This document shows, in pieces, positions 1 to 10,964 of a DNA stretch of 64,000 nt. Made by a program: the position numbers and the translations under genes. The stretch covers positions 16,236 to 80,235 of the forward strand of contig CACMRK010000005.1 of the NCBI GenBank assembly GCA_902616075.1. Reading direction: 5' to 3'. This DNA comes from an uncultured Alphaproteobacteria bacterium. Its GTDB lineage: Bacteria; Pseudomonadota; Alphaproteobacteria; HIMB59; GCA-002718135. Below the pieces are notes generated by a model. That model was given only the letters and a program-made list of their open reading frames with translations. It ran no database searches and had not been told where the DNA came from. Each line of letters starts with the position of its first letter. Positions within the stretch are counted from its first letter, which is position 1.

Positions 1-25
1 TCATTTTACTTTCAAGATTACTCAT
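1..25 (-). CDS. frr: ribosome recycling factor, N-terminal fragment (runs off left edge)
   Basis: ATG at 25 just after pyrH stop, reads MSNLESKM; conserved rpsB-tsf-pyrH-frr synteny. Confidence 0.65.
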
Positions 26-28
26 ATT

Positions 29-730
29 TTAACTTATCTTACTATATGATCCTTTACGATTCAAAACATTAATTAAAGAATTTTTTTTAAAAATATTTGT
101 TATAAAAATTGGTATTTTTGTATCTTTAGCTAAACTAATTGCAGTTAAATCCATAACATGTAAGTTTTTGTTTATTACTTCGTTATATGAAATATTTTTA
201 ATTAATTTAGCTTCTTTATATTTAACTGGATCTTTATTATAAATACCATTAACTTTTGTTGCCTTTATAATTAATTTACAGTCTAGTTCTGATGCCCTTA
301 ATGTTGCAGCAGTATCTGTAGAAAAAAAAGGATTGCCTGTACCAGCAGCAAATATAACTATTCGATTTCTTTCCAAATGTCTTATTGCTCTTCTTCTTAT
401 ATAAGGTTCAGCTATTTGTGACATAGTTATGGCGGATTGAACTCTTGTTGGAACATTAATTTTTTCTAAGCTACTTTGAAGAGACAAAGCATTCATTACA
501 GTTGCTAACATGCCCATGTAATCAGAAGTTGATCTATCAATACCCTCTGAAGCTCCTTTGATTCCTCTAAATATATTTCCACCTCCAATAATTAAACAAA
601 TTTGATATTTTTTTTTATAAACATTTTTAATTTCATTTGAAATTTTGTTTATTGTTGAAACATCAATTCCATAATTAGATGATCCCATTAATGATTCACC
701 TGAAATTTTAAGTAAAATTCTATTTTTCAT
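29..730 (-). CDS. pyrH: UMP kinase
   Basis: RILLKISGE, GGGNIFRG, GTGNPFFSTD motifs; start moved to ATG at 730 (MKNRILL). Confidence 0.97.
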   Translation of the reverse strand: MKNRILLKISGESLMGSSNYGIDVSTINKISNEIKNVYKKKYQICLIIGGGNIFRGIKGASEGIDRSTSDYMGMLATVMNALSLQSSLEKINVPTRVQSAITMSQIAEPYIRRRAIRHLERNRIVIFAAGTGNPFFSTDTAATLRASELDCKLIIKATKVNGIYNKDPVKYKEAKLIKNISYNEVINKNLHVMDLTAISLAKDTKIPIFITNIFKKNSLINVLNRKGSYSKIS

Positions 731-731
731 T

Positions 732-1583
732 TTATAAACTAATAAATTCAAAAGAAATTAGTTTAAAATTTAAATTAGAAAATTCTTCAATTACAGATTT
801 AATTGTTTTATCTTGATCTAAAATATAAGATTGATTTAGTAGAGTGACTTCACTATAGAATTTCTTCATTTTACCATCTAAAATTTTATCAACTATATTA
901 GATGGTTTCCCAGAGTTTAAAATTAATTCTTTTTGAATTTTTTCTTCTTTAGAGATTAAATTTTTATCTAAATCTTCAATATCCAAGGATTCTGGCTTCA
1001 TAGCAGCAATATGCATACATAAATTTTTACATAAAGTTTCAATTTGTTCATTTTTATTACTCACAGTATATTCCAGCAAAGAAACCATCTTTCCAATATT
1101 ATTTCTATAACTATTGTGAATGTAGTGTGAATAGCTTGAATTTTTATTTTCCTTAATTAATAAATCATTTAAAATTAAATTTTCTCCAATCTTTGCAATC
1201 ATTGAATTAAAAAAATCTTTTACTGTACCATTTTCATATTTTAGATTGAGAAATTGATCTTTATCTAATTTAGTATTTTTTTCTAAAATGATTTTACCTA
1301 ATGCGTCGAGAAAATCCAAAAAAGTTTCACTTTTTGCTGCAAAATCAGTTTCACTATTCACCTTTATTAAAACATTGATATCTTTATTAAAATATACTGC
1401 TACAGCTCCTTCATTAGCTGCACGATCACTTTTTTTTGAAGCTTTTGCCAAACCTTTTTTTCTAAGAGCTTCAATTGATTTTTCAACATCATTATTGTTT
1501 TCTTCTAAAGAATTTTTACAATCTAAAAAACCTGCGCCAGTTTTCTCTCTTAATTCCTTTATTAAAGTTGTAATATTTGACAT
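732..1583 (-). CDS. tsf: translation elongation factor Ts
   Basis: IKELREKTGAG..DCK, NSETDFAAK, LCMHIAAM. Confidence 0.97.
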   Translation of the reverse strand: MSNITTLIKELREKTGAGFLDCKNSLEENNNDVEKSIEALRKKGLAKASKKSDRAANEGAVAVYFNKDINVLIKVNSETDFAAKSETFLDFLDALGKIILEKNTKLDKDQFLNLKYENGTVKDFFNSMIAKIGENLILNDLLIKENKNSSYSHYIHNSYRNNIGKMVSLLEYTVSNKNEQIETLCKNLCMHIAAMKPESLDIEDLDKNLISKEEKIQKELILNSGKPSNIVDKILDGKMKKFYSEVTLLNQSYILDQDKTIKSVIEEFSNLNFKLISFEFISL

Positions 1584-2338
1584 TATTTTTTTTCCTTATC
1601 TTTAGTTTCTTCAATTTGATCATCTTTATTTTCTTCAATATTATTTTGAAAGTTTGTTGCATCTGTAATAGTTTCAGAAAAATATTTTTGGTAAAGATTT
1701 ATTGATCTTAAAGCATCATCATTTCCTGGAATAATGTAATCAATATTTTCAGGATCTGCATTAGAATCTACTATAGCAACAACAGGAATATTAAGTTTAT
1801 TTGCTTCTTTAACTGCAATTTTATCTTTTATAACGTCAAAAACTATTAAAAGATCTGGCTTTCCATTAAGTGTTCTAATACCTCCAATATTCAAATCAAG
1901 TTTTTGTTTTTCCCTTGAAATATCTAGTAATTCTTTTTTTGATAAATTTTTTGATAACTCATTATCTTTTAAAAATAACTCTATCTCTTCTAATCTTTTA
2001 ATAGAGTTAGATATTGTTTTCCAATTAGTTAAAGTACCTCCCAACCATCTTTTATTTACATAAAAATTATTGTTAATCATTGCTAATTCTTTAACTACAT
2101 CACTACATTGTTTTTTTGTACCCACAAAAAGTATTTTTCCTGATTTAGAAACAGTTTCATGTATTTTGACTAATGCAGTATTTAATAATTCTAGTGTAAC
2201 TCTTAAATCAAAAATATGTATGTTATTTCTAACTCCATAAATATATTCTTTCATTTTAGGATTCCATCTTCTTACATTGTGTCCAAAGTGAACACCAGAT
2301 TCAAGAAGATCTTCAATTTTAACTTCTGGTAAATTCAT
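1583..2338 (-). CDS. rpsB: 30S ribosomal protein S2
   Basis: GVHFGH..RWNPKM, RWLGGTLTNW, IPGNDDA; ATG at 2338 chosen because the upstream GTG lies in the leader RNA. Confidence 0.97.
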   Translation of the reverse strand: MNLPEVKIEDLLESGVHFGHNVRRWNPKMKEYIYGVRNNIHIFDLRVTLELLNTALVKIHETVSKSGKILFVGTKKQCSDVVKELAMINNNFYVNKRWLGGTLTNWKTISNSIKRLEEIELFLKDNELSKNLSKKELLDISREKQKLDLNIGGIRTLNGKPDLLIVFDVIKDKIAVKEANKLNIPVVAIVDSNADPENIDYIIPGNDDALRSINLYQKYFSETITDATNFQNNIEENKDDQIEETKDKEKK

Positions 2339-2344
2339 ATTAAC

Positions 2345-2395
2345 CCCCGGTTTAACCTCCACAGAAACAAAAACACCGGTTTTTTCTGTGTGCTA
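2345..2395 (-). promoter_or_regulatory. rpsB 5' leader (t44 / S2 autoregulatory element)
   Basis: minus strand CACACAGAAA...TTTCTGTGGAGGTTAAACCGG: CACAC stem closing on GTGGAGG directly upstream of rpsB. Confidence 0.7.
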
Positions 2396-2435
2396 GATTT
2401 AATTGAAGGATGTATTATTACAATCCACTATTTTT

Positions 2436-5400
2436 TCAACATATTTCTAATGAATAATCTAAAGTTTTTGACTTATTTAATTCATCAAGTTTTTTATATG
2501 ATTTGATTGAATATTTATTAAAATCAAAATTTACTAATTTTTGATCTACAGTAATAAAAAGCTCTACAATGTTTTCTGGGTAATTGTTCTGTTTTTTTTC
2601 AAAAATATCATCTTTTAAAGTAAATAAATTTTGTAAATTTGAATAGATATTAAATTTATATTTATTTTGAGTAAATGCCTTCTCAAGTTGAATAATATCA
2701 CGAATTATAAAACGTGTATCTGTATTATTTTTAACAATGTCTATTGTAAAAATAAGTAAATTGCCTTCTTTTAATATGGGTCGATATTTATATAAATTTT
2801 CACTAAAAATTGTTAATTCAAATTGAAAATTAGTTTCAGATACAGTTATAAAAGCATATTTTTTTCCATCTTTGTTAGATCTTTCTTTAATATCTAAAAT
2901 AGCACCACAAACTCTAGCAGTGTTTTGATTATTATTTGTTATACAATCTTTAAAAGAGATAATTTTTTCTAGTTCAAAAAATTTTCTTGGATAATGATTA
3001 AGAGGATGATCTGAAAAGTAAAAACCTATAACTTCTAATTCATTTGATAAAGTTTCAGAATTATTCCAGTTATTAATATTTTGATTAAACAAATTCATAT
3101 CATTAAAAGAAATCTCATTTTCTTCAAAAAGCATATCTTGATTTATATCTTTATCTCCACCATATAATTCAACAAATTTTGGAACATTATTAAATAATTT
3201 TGATCTATTTGATTGTATACTATCAAATGCCCCAGCCTGAATAAGTTTTTCAAGTTGTCTTTTATTTACAACATCTTTAGAAACTCTATTCATGAAATCA
3301 ATAATATTCTTAAATTTACCATTTTTATTTCTTTCCTCTACCATACTAGAGATAGATTTTAGCCCCACACCTTTAATTGCTCCAAGACCAAACCTAATTG
3401 ATTTTAAATTTTCATTTGTTTCAATTGAAAATAAAGGCTCTGAATAATTAATATCAGGTTTTAAAAATTTTATATTTAGTCTTTCTATTTCTTGTTTTAG
3501 TAAAATAATTTTTTCTGTCCTATCAATGGAATAATTTAATGTTGCTGTAAGAAATTCGTGTGGAAAATTAGCTTTTAGAAAAGCCGTTTGATAAGATATC
3601 AAGGCATATGCTGCTGCATGGCTCTTATTAAAACCATATCCTGCAAATTTATCAACCAAATCAAAAATTTTTGAAGCTTCTTTTTTTTCAATATTATTTT
3701 TAATTGCACCTTCAATAAATCTGGATTTTTGCATATCCATTTCTTTTTGAATTTTTTTTCCCATTGCCCTTCTTAACAAGTCAGCCTCACCTAAAGAATA
3801 ATTAGATAACACTTGTGCTATTTGCATTACTTGTTCTTGATAAACAATAATTCCGTAAGTTTCTTTTAAAACATCCTTTAGCATAGAATGAAGATATTTA
3901 ATTTCTTCACGTCCATGTTTTCTATTACAAAAAGAAGGAATATTATCCATTGGACCCGGTCTAAACAAGGCAACTACAGCTATTATTTCTTCAAATCTAT
4001 CAGGCTGCAACTGACGGAGAACACTTCCCATACCGTTACTTTCTAATTGGAATATTCCCACTGTATCTCCCTTACTTAACTGATCATAAGTTTTTGTGTC
4101 ATTAAGAGGAATATTATTTATTGAAAAATTTTTATTTTCTTTAACTATTAATTTTGTGCAATCATCAATAATTGATAAAGTCGTTAATCCAAGAAAATCA
4201 AATTTTATTAAACCTGCTTCTTCTACATATTTCATAGAAAACTGTGTTGCATTAGTGTTAGTATTTTGATCTTTGTATAAAGGAACTACTTTTGATAATT
4301 TTTCGTGACCAATTACTACTCCAGCAGCATGAGTTGACGCGTGTCTATGAGTTCCTTCAATTTTAAGACTTATATCTATAATATTTGAAATTCTTTCATC
4401 ACTCCTTATCCTTTCTTGCAAACTTCTTTCAGATTTTATAGACTCACTTAAAGTAAGTGGATTTGATGGATTAAAAGGTATTAGTTTAGCAAAAGAATCT
4501 ACTTCTCCATACGGAACTTCCAAAACCCTACCAATATCTCTTACTGCAGCTCTTGATGCCAGAGTACCAAATGTAATTATATGAGCAACACATTCACTTC
4601 CATATTTATTATTAACATATTCAATAACTTCATCTCTTCTAGTTTGGCAAAAATCTATGTCAAAATCTGGCATTGACACTCTTTCTGGGTTGAGAAATCG
4701 TTCAAATAGTAAATCATATTCCAATGGATCTAAATCAGTAATTCCTAAACACCAAGCTACTAAACTGCCGGCACCTGACCCTCTTCCGGGACCAACAGGA
4801 ATGAATTTCTCTTTAGCCCAATTAACAAAATCTGCTACTATTAAAAAGTATCCTGCGAACCCCATTCTAATAATTATTTCATTTTCATATTTCAACCTAT
4901 CACTATAAATTTGTATATTCTTAATATTTTTTTCTTTTATTTTTTTTTCAAGCCCAAGTTCAGACGATTTTAATAAAAAATCTTCTGCTGATAAATTTAA
5001 ATTATTTTTAAATTCAGGTAATTGTGGTTTTGTTGATTCAGGAAAATAATTACAAGATAGAGAAATATTTAAATTATTTTGTATTATCTCAGGGATATCT
5101 TCAAAATTTGAATACATTTCTTCATTTGACTTAAAATAAATATTTTCATTTGAAGTATTTCTTTGAGAATTATTAATAGTAGATTTTTGAGCAATACATA
5201 GTAATGCATCATGAGCTGAATAATCATCTTTATTAGCGTACTTAATATTATTTGAGCCAATAAGAGGTATGTCAAATTCTTTAGATAAATTAATAAATTC
5301 TTTTTCAAAAAAATTGATATTTTGATCATTTATTCTTTGAATTTCAAAAAGAAAATTTTGCTTAAAAACTTTTTTAAAATTACCTATTAATTGAATGATG

Positions 5401-5840
5401 TCTTTTTTTTTGTTTTCTTTGTTTAATAAAAGTAAAGGATTAAATTCACCACCTATATAACAAAATAAACCTTCAGAAAATTTCTCTAATTGCGAAAAGT
5501 ATATACCAACATTATTTCCTTCCTTAAGATGAGAAAGTGAGCTTAATTCTAATAGATTTCTATATCCAATTTCATTTTTGACTAAAAATGTAACTTGGGA
5601 AATTTGATTATTTACAATAATATCTAATAAATTTATTGAAGTTCCAATTATAGGTTGAATATTATTTTTTACACATTCTTTTGAAAATTCAAAAACTCCA
5701 AACATATTATTATTATCTGTAATGGCAATTGCAGGCATGTCATTTTTTTTAGCAAGATCTACTAAATTAGTAATTTTTAGCGAACTTTCAGATAAAGAAT
5801 ATGAAGATAAAGATCGTAAATGAATAAAAGGATTATTCAT
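2436..5840 (-). CDS. dnaE: DNA polymerase III alpha subunit
   Basis: N-terminal PHP domain, GPGRGSGAGS, PDFDIDF, GYGFNKSHAAAY, C-terminal OB fold. Confidence 0.98.
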   Translation of the reverse strand: MNNPFIHLRSLSSYSLSESSLKITNLVDLAKKNDMPAIAITDNNNMFGVFEFSKECVKNNIQPIIGTSINLLDIIVNNQISQVTFLVKNEIGYRNLLELSSLSHLKEGNNVGIYFSQLEKFSEGLFCYIGGEFNPLLLLNKENKKKDIIQLIGNFKKVFKQNFLFEIQRINDQNINFFEKEFINLSKEFDIPLIGSNNIKYANKDDYSAHDALLCIAQKSTINNSQRNTSNENIYFKSNEEMYSNFEDIPEIIQNNLNISLSCNYFPESTKPQLPEFKNNLNLSAEDFLLKSSELGLEKKIKEKNIKNIQIYSDRLKYENEIIIRMGFAGYFLIVADFVNWAKEKFIPVGPGRGSGAGSLVAWCLGITDLDPLEYDLLFERFLNPERVSMPDFDIDFCQTRRDEVIEYVNNKYGSECVAHIITFGTLASRAAVRDIGRVLEVPYGEVDSFAKLIPFNPSNPLTLSESIKSERSLQERIRSDERISNIIDISLKIEGTHRHASTHAAGVVIGHEKLSKVVPLYKDQNTNTNATQFSMKYVEEAGLIKFDFLGLTTLSIIDDCTKLIVKENKNFSINNIPLNDTKTYDQLSKGDTVGIFQLESNGMGSVLRQLQPDRFEEIIAVVALFRPGPMDNIPSFCNRKHGREEIKYLHSMLKDVLKETYGIIVYQEQVMQIAQVLSNYSLGEADLLRRAMGKKIQKEMDMQKSRFIEGAIKNNIEKKEASKIFDLVDKFAGYGFNKSHAAAYALISYQTAFLKANFPHEFLTATLNYSIDRTEKIILLKQEIERLNIKFLKPDINYSEPLFSIETNENLKSIRFGLGAIKGVGLKSISSMVEERNKNGKFKNIIDFMNRVSKDVVNKRQLEKLIQAGAFDSIQSNRSKLFNNVPKFVELYGGDKDINQDMLFEENEISFNDMNLFNQNINNWNNSETLSNELEVIGFYFSDHPLNHYPRKFFELEKIISFKDCITNNNQNTARVCGAILDIKERSNKDGKKYAFITVSETNFQFELTIFSENLYKYRPILKEGNLLIFTIDIVKNNTDTRFIIRDIIQLEKAFTQNKYKFNIYSNLQNLFTLKDDIFEKKQNNYPENIVELFITVDQKLVNFDFNKYSIKSYKKLDELNKSKTLDYSLEIC

Positions 5841-6522
5841 TTGTTAAATGTATTTTCTTATTTTTAAAATAATAAATTTCATCAGCTAATAAAGAATAAG
5901 TTTTGTTATGAGTAACATATACTAAAGTTTTATTATTTTGTTCGATATAATTTATGAAAAATTTAAAAATATTGTTAGCAGTATCCTCATCAAGATTGCC
6001 AGTCATTTCATCAGCTAAAATTAAATCTGGATCATTTACCAAAGATCTAGCAATAGCGACTCTTTGTTGCTCTCCTCCTGATAATTTTAAAGGTTTATAA
6101 TTTATTCTTTCATTTAAACCGAATTCAAGAAGTAGTTTTTTAGAAATTTCATAACTTTTCTTTTCATTTTTATTAATTAATAATGGTAGCATAACATTTT
6201 CGATCACAGTGAGTTCAGGAATTAGATGAAAAAATTGATGAATAAAACCAATGGATAATCCTCTAATTTTATTCGTTTCATCCTTAGAGCACAAAGAAAT
6301 ATCTTTATTCTTAAAATAAAAGTTTCCATCATATTCTGAGTCAAGTAAACCAATAATATTTAGAAAAGTTGTTTTGCCTGAACCTGAAGGTCCAACAATT
6401 GAAACTTTAGTGTTTTGTTTTAATTTAAAATTTAAATTTTTAATTATCTCAATTTTTGAATTATTTTCATTTGTATAATTTTTACAAAGATTGGTCATCT
6501 TTAATAAATATTTATTATTCAC
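5833..6522 (-). CDS. lolD: lipoprotein-releasing ABC ATPase
   Basis: [39 protein letters not shown]; follows lolC/E. Confidence 0.93.
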   Translation of the reverse strand: MNNKYLLKMTNLCKNYTNENNSKIEIIKNLNFKLKQNTKVSIVGPSGSGKTTFLNIIGLLDSEYDGNFYFKNKDISLCSKDETNKIRGLSIGFIHQFFHLIPELTVIENVMLPLLINKNEKKSYEISKKLLLEFGLNERINYKPLKLSGGEQQRVAIARSLVNDPDLILADEMTGNLDEDTANNIFKFFINYIEQNNKTLVYVTHNKTYSLLADEIYYFKNKKIHLTNE

Positions 6523-7765
6523 TTCTTAAACTTTCAACAGGGTCTATTCTAGCTGAACTTAAAGCTGGAAAGATAGTTGATATAATTGATATGATTATTG
6601 CTACACAAAGAACGTAAATTACCTCATTTATGCTAATTTTGGAAGGTAAAGATGATAAATAATAAACTTCTTCAGAAAACAGTTTTGTTCCAAGTAAATA
6701 TTCTAAAAAACTTTGAATTGATTTAATATTTATTGTGAAAAGAATTCCAATTATTAATCCTATTAAAGATCCTATTAAACCAATTGAGATTCCAATAGTA
6801 AAAAATATTTTTATAATACTTTTATTACTCATTCCAATAGTTTTCAAAATTCCAATATCTTTGTTTTTTTCTTTTACAAATATAATTAATCCTGAAATTA
6901 TATTTAATGATGCAACTAAGATAATTAAAGAAAGAATAATAAACATAACATTCTTTTCCACCTTAAGTGCATTTATTAAAGTTTTGTTTTGATCCTTCCA
7001 AGATATTGAATAAAAATTTAATAAAAGATTAGATGTTTCTAATTCTACTTTATTTTTAAATAATTCAATTTCATTAGGAGATGATGTAAAGAATTCAATT
7101 TTGTTATATGTATCTTCATCATACAAGAGTAATTTTCTAACAAGTTCTGAAGATAAAAAAATTAAATTTGAATCATATTCATATAAACCTAGATCAAATA
7201 CACCTACTACCTCCAATGTTTTAAATCTTGGAATATTTCCTAATATTGTTTTATCAGTCTTTGGAATTGCAATTTTAACCATATCTCCCACGCTTAAATT
7301 CATTTCGTTCGCTAATGAGTCTCCAATTAATATTTCACTTTTTGGATTTTGAATTAATGCGCCCATATTAATTGAATTAAACAAATAATGATTTTTATCA
7401 TATGTGTCATAGCCTTTGATCATTACACCTTTTGAGTTATTTAATTTTATAATTAATCCATTTGTTTCAATAGTTTTGTAGTGTTGGTAAAAAAAAGAAT
7501 TATCAATATTTAATATGAGTTCATCAGCTTGTTTATTTGTTATCTCATTATCAAAACTATAAATATTAAGGTGTGAATTAAGTCCAATTATTCTGTTAGT
7601 TAGATCAATTCTAAAACCATTCATAACAGACATTACTATAATAATTGCTGCTACTCCTAAACTAATACCTATTATTGAAAACCAAGCGAAAATAGACACA
7701 TAGCCATCAGATTTCTTAGAAAATAAAAACCTAAAAATCAGTAATCGTTCTGATTTAGAAATCAT
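6515..7765 (-). CDS. lolC: lipoprotein-releasing ABC permease (LolC/E/F)
   Basis: GISLGVAAIIIVMSVMNGF, KDIGILKTIG, C-terminal PALSSARIDPVESLR. Confidence 0.93.
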   Translation of the reverse strand: MISKSERLLIFRFLFSKKSDGYVSIFAWFSIIGISLGVAAIIIVMSVMNGFRIDLTNRIIGLNSHLNIYSFDNEITNKQADELILNIDNSFFYQHYKTIETNGLIIKLNNSKGVMIKGYDTYDKNHYLFNSINMGALIQNPKSEILIGDSLANEMNLSVGDMVKIAIPKTDKTILGNIPRFKTLEVVGVFDLGLYEYDSNLIFLSSELVRKLLLYDEDTYNKIEFFTSSPNEIELFKNKVELETSNLLLNFYSISWKDQNKTLINALKVEKNVMFIILSLIILVASLNIISGLIIFVKEKNKDIGILKTIGMSNKSIIKIFFTIGISIGLIGSLIGLIIGILFTINIKSIQSFLEYLLGTKLFSEEVYYLSSLPSKISINEVIYVLCVAIIISIISTIFPALSSARIDPVESLRSE

Positions 7766-9061
7766 CTATTTTTTTAACTTATTATTAATAAAATCAATTA
7801 CACTACTGGATGAAATTTTTTCACTTTCATTTTTTTGACGATTTTTTATTTCTACTAAATTATCTTTTAAATCTCTTTTGCCAATAATAATTTGATATGG
7901 TGTCCCAATTAACTCATTATCAGATAATTTTTTTCCTATACTGCAGATTCTATCATCTAAAATGACTTCAATATTATTTTTCATAAAATATTCATAATAT
8001 TCTGATGATTTTGTGGCACAATCTTGATCTTCTGGCATTAAATTAACTATGGAAACCTTAAATGGAGCAACCTCTAATGGCCACCTAATTCCTTTTTCAT
8101 CATGATAAGCTTCTATAATTGCACCCACAAGTCTTGAAACACCAATGCCATATGATCCCATATGCACTGGAACATTTTTCCCACTTTTATCTTGAACAAA
8201 TGCGTTTAATTTCTCAGAATATTTTGTTCCAAAATAAAATATATGACCCACTTCAATACCCTTAGAAATTTTTAAATCTTCATTTGAAATTGGGCAATTT
8301 TTTTCATTATGTTGATCATCAACTGCAGCATAAAATGACTGTAACTCATTTGGGTCTATAGTTTCAGGGTTTAGTGTTTCTAATTTTTTATCATAATAAA
8401 GTGTACTTTCACCAGTCTTAGCTAGTATTTGAAATTCATGACTTAAGTTACCTCCAATTGGTCCTGTTTCTGCTCTTAAAGAAATTGGTGTTAAACCCAT
8501 TCTAATAAAAGTTTTTATGTATGCTTTAAACATATTGTCATAAGATTTTTTTGCTTCGATTTCATCAAGATCAAATGAATAATTATCCTTCATTAAGAAT
8601 TCTCTTCCACGCATTACTCCAAACCTAGGCCTAACCTCATCTCGGAATTTCCATTGAATATGATAAAGATTTTTTGGAAGATCTTTGTAAGAATTTATAT
8701 GTGATTGAAATATATCTGTAATTAATTCTTCATTTGTTGGGCCGTAAAGCATTTCCCTTCCACTTCTATCTGTAATCCTTAACATTTCTTTTCCATAATC
8801 ATCGTATCTTCCTGATTTAATCCATAAATCAGAAGATTGAATCGTAGGCATAAGCAGTTCTACTGCTCCTGCACTATTTTGTTCCTCTCTAACAATCTGT
8901 TCAATTTTTTTTAATACAAGCAGACCTAGAGGTAACCACGAATAAATACCGGCACTAGATTGTTTAATCATGCCAGCTCTGATCATTAATTTATGTGAAA
9001 TTATTTCAGCATCTGATGGCGCATCTTTAATAGTGGGAAGAAAAAAGTTAGAATATTTCAT
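7766..9061 (-). CDS. proS: proline--tRNA ligase (short alphaproteobacterial type, no INS editing domain)
   Basis: GPTNEE, KFRDEVRPRFGVMRGREF, GIEVGHIF, MGSYGIGVSR. Confidence 0.97.
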   Translation of the reverse strand: MKYSNFFLPTIKDAPSDAEIISHKLMIRAGMIKQSSAGIYSWLPLGLLVLKKIEQIVREEQNSAGAVELLMPTIQSSDLWIKSGRYDDYGKEMLRITDRSGREMLYGPTNEELITDIFQSHINSYKDLPKNLYHIQWKFRDEVRPRFGVMRGREFLMKDNYSFDLDEIEAKKSYDNMFKAYIKTFIRMGLTPISLRAETGPIGGNLSHEFQILAKTGESTLYYDKKLETLNPETIDPNELQSFYAAVDDQHNEKNCPISNEDLKISKGIEVGHIFYFGTKYSEKLNAFVQDKSGKNVPVHMGSYGIGVSRLVGAIIEAYHDEKGIRWPLEVAPFKVSIVNLMPEDQDCATKSSEYYEYFMKNNIEVILDDRICSIGKKLSDNELIGTPYQIIIGKRDLKDNLVEIKNRQKNESEKISSSSVIDFINNKLKK

Positions 9062-9291
9062 TTATTAAATATATTTGATAAATCAAATCCAAATAAAATC
9101 AAAAAAAATAAAATTAAACCTGATATTAATGAAGTTGCTATAAATTTTATTAGAAGATATGGCTTACTTGGAGCACTTTTTGCATGTCCAGATTCTACTT
9201 TTTGGGGTACTTTTATCTTAATCGGTAGGAGTATGAAAAATAAAATCCACCAAACAAGGATAAAAATTAGAACATGGGTAAATAGTGCCAT
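9058..9291 (-). CDS. DUF1467 family small membrane protein
   Basis: WW..F.ILLP, G...SAP..P motif; usual position upstream of proS. Confidence 0.8.
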   Translation of the reverse strand: MALFTHVLIFILVWWILFFILLPIKIKVPQKVESGHAKSAPSKPYLLIKFIATSLISGLILFFLILFGFDLSNIFNK

Positions 9292-10964
9292 TAAGATCGT
9301 ATTAAATGAACTTCAATTTCTGGTTTTTTTTGAATTGAATTTTTTATAATCTTTCTAAAACTACTTTTAACTAAGTCAGATACTATAAGATCTGATGATT
9401 TTTGATCTTTGTTAAGTTTTGTATAGTTTTCTATAAAAAGTATTTTAAAATCATTTTTAATATTTTCTTCATCTATTCCCGGCAATCCTTTTAAAGTAAG
9501 TAACATATTTTTATTAATTGAATAGTCATCATCATTGATAATTAAAGAAATTAAAACTAGCCCCTCAAATGAATATTTCCTTCTCTCTTTAATAAAAGCA
9601 GATTCAGAGTCGTAAAGATTTTTACCCTCAACAATTAACTTTCCAGTTTCAAATTTTTCTACAATTTTAGGTTCACCTGGTGCAATTTTGAGACATTTTC
9701 CATTTTCTAAAATTTTAGTAAATGGTACTTGAGATGAGTAAGATAATTGTTTATGTGCCTCTAGATGCATAGGTTCACCATGCACAGGAATAGATAAGTA
9801 AGGTTTTGTCCAATTATACATTTGTTTTATTTCATCTGCATAACCATGACCTGAAACATGTACTAAATCATCATCAGCAGTTACTATCTCAACTCTTTGT
9901 CTAATAAGTAAGTTCTTTAAATTATTTATTGATTTTTCATTACCAGGAATATCTCTAGAGCTAAAAATGACTACATCTTCAGGCTCTAAATGTAAATGTT
10001 GATGAGAATTATAAGCTATTCTGAAAAGCGCAGATCTTTTTTCACCCTGACTACCAGTACAAATTATGACTAAATTTTCTCTTGGTATATAAGAAGCTTC
10101 ATCTTCACTGATAAAAATTTCATCATCTGCAACATAACCACATTTTCTTGCTACCTCGATATTTTTTTTCATACTTCTGCCAACAAGAGCGACCTTTCTT
10201 TTATTTTTTTTTGCTGCGTGAATAATATTTTTCATTCTTGCAATGTTTGAAGAAAAACATGTAACAACAATTCTATTAGAAAATCTTGAAAATACACTTG
10301 TCAGTTCATCCCTAACGTCATTTTCAGATTCTGATTTACCAGGTACATTTGCGTTAGTAGAGTCACCTATTAAGGCAAGTAATCCATCATTTCCTAATTT
10401 TTCAAATTTTTCTTTTGAAAATGAGTCTCCTAAAGTAGGTGAATGATCTATTTTCCAATCAGCAGTATGAAGTAATGATCCATATGTTGTTTTAATTACA
10501 ATTGCAGTTGGTTCAGGAATTGAATGTGTAGTTGGAATAAAACTTATATCAAAATTATTGAGTATTAATTTCTTTTCTAGATTTATTTCTTCTAAAGTAA
10601 ATCCTTCTACTTTATTGAATTCTTTTAGCCTATTTTCAATAAGAAATTTTGCAAATTTACTTGCATATACTGGACATTTAATTTTATTTGCTAAGAACGC
10701 AACAGCTCCTGCATGATCTTCATGACCATGGCTGATTATAATTGCCTCGAGATTATCTTCTAAACTTTCAATATGATCAATTTTTGGTACTAATAAATCT
10801 ACACCAGGAAACTTTTCATCTGCAAATGAGAGACCTAAATCTATCATTATCCATTTTCCATCACATCCGTAAAGATAACAATTTGCACCTATTTCTCCAA
10901 TACCTCCAAGAGATAAAAAGTGTAGTCCATCATTAAAATCATTTAGTTGTAAATTATTACTCAT
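9291..10964 (-). CDS. rnj: ribonuclease J
   Basis: LGGIGEIGAN, SHGHEDH, HSIPE, CTGSQGE, HVSGH, PVHGE. Confidence 0.96.
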   Translation of the reverse strand: MSNNLQLNDFNDGLHFLSLGGIGEIGANCYLYGCDGKWIMIDLGLSFADEKFPGVDLLVPKIDHIESLEDNLEAIIISHGHEDHAGAVAFLANKIKCPVYASKFAKFLIENRLKEFNKVEGFTLEEINLEKKLILNNFDISFIPTTHSIPEPTAIVIKTTYGSLLHTADWKIDHSPTLGDSFSKEKFEKLGNDGLLALIGDSTNANVPGKSESENDVRDELTSVFSRFSNRIVVTCFSSNIARMKNIIHAAKKNKRKVALVGRSMKKNIEVARKCGYVADDEIFISEDEASYIPRENLVIICTGSQGEKRSALFRIAYNSHQHLHLEPEDVVIFSSRDIPGNEKSINNLKNLLIRQRVEIVTADDDLVHVSGHGYADEIKQMYNWTKPYLSIPVHGEPMHLEAHKQLSYSSQVPFTKILENGKCLKIAPGEPKIVEKFETGKLIVEGKNLYDSESAFIKERRKYSFEGLVLISLIINDDDYSINKNMLLTLKGLPGIDEENIKNDFKILFIENYTKLNKDQKSSDLIVSDLVKSSFRKIIKNSIQKKPEIEVHLIRS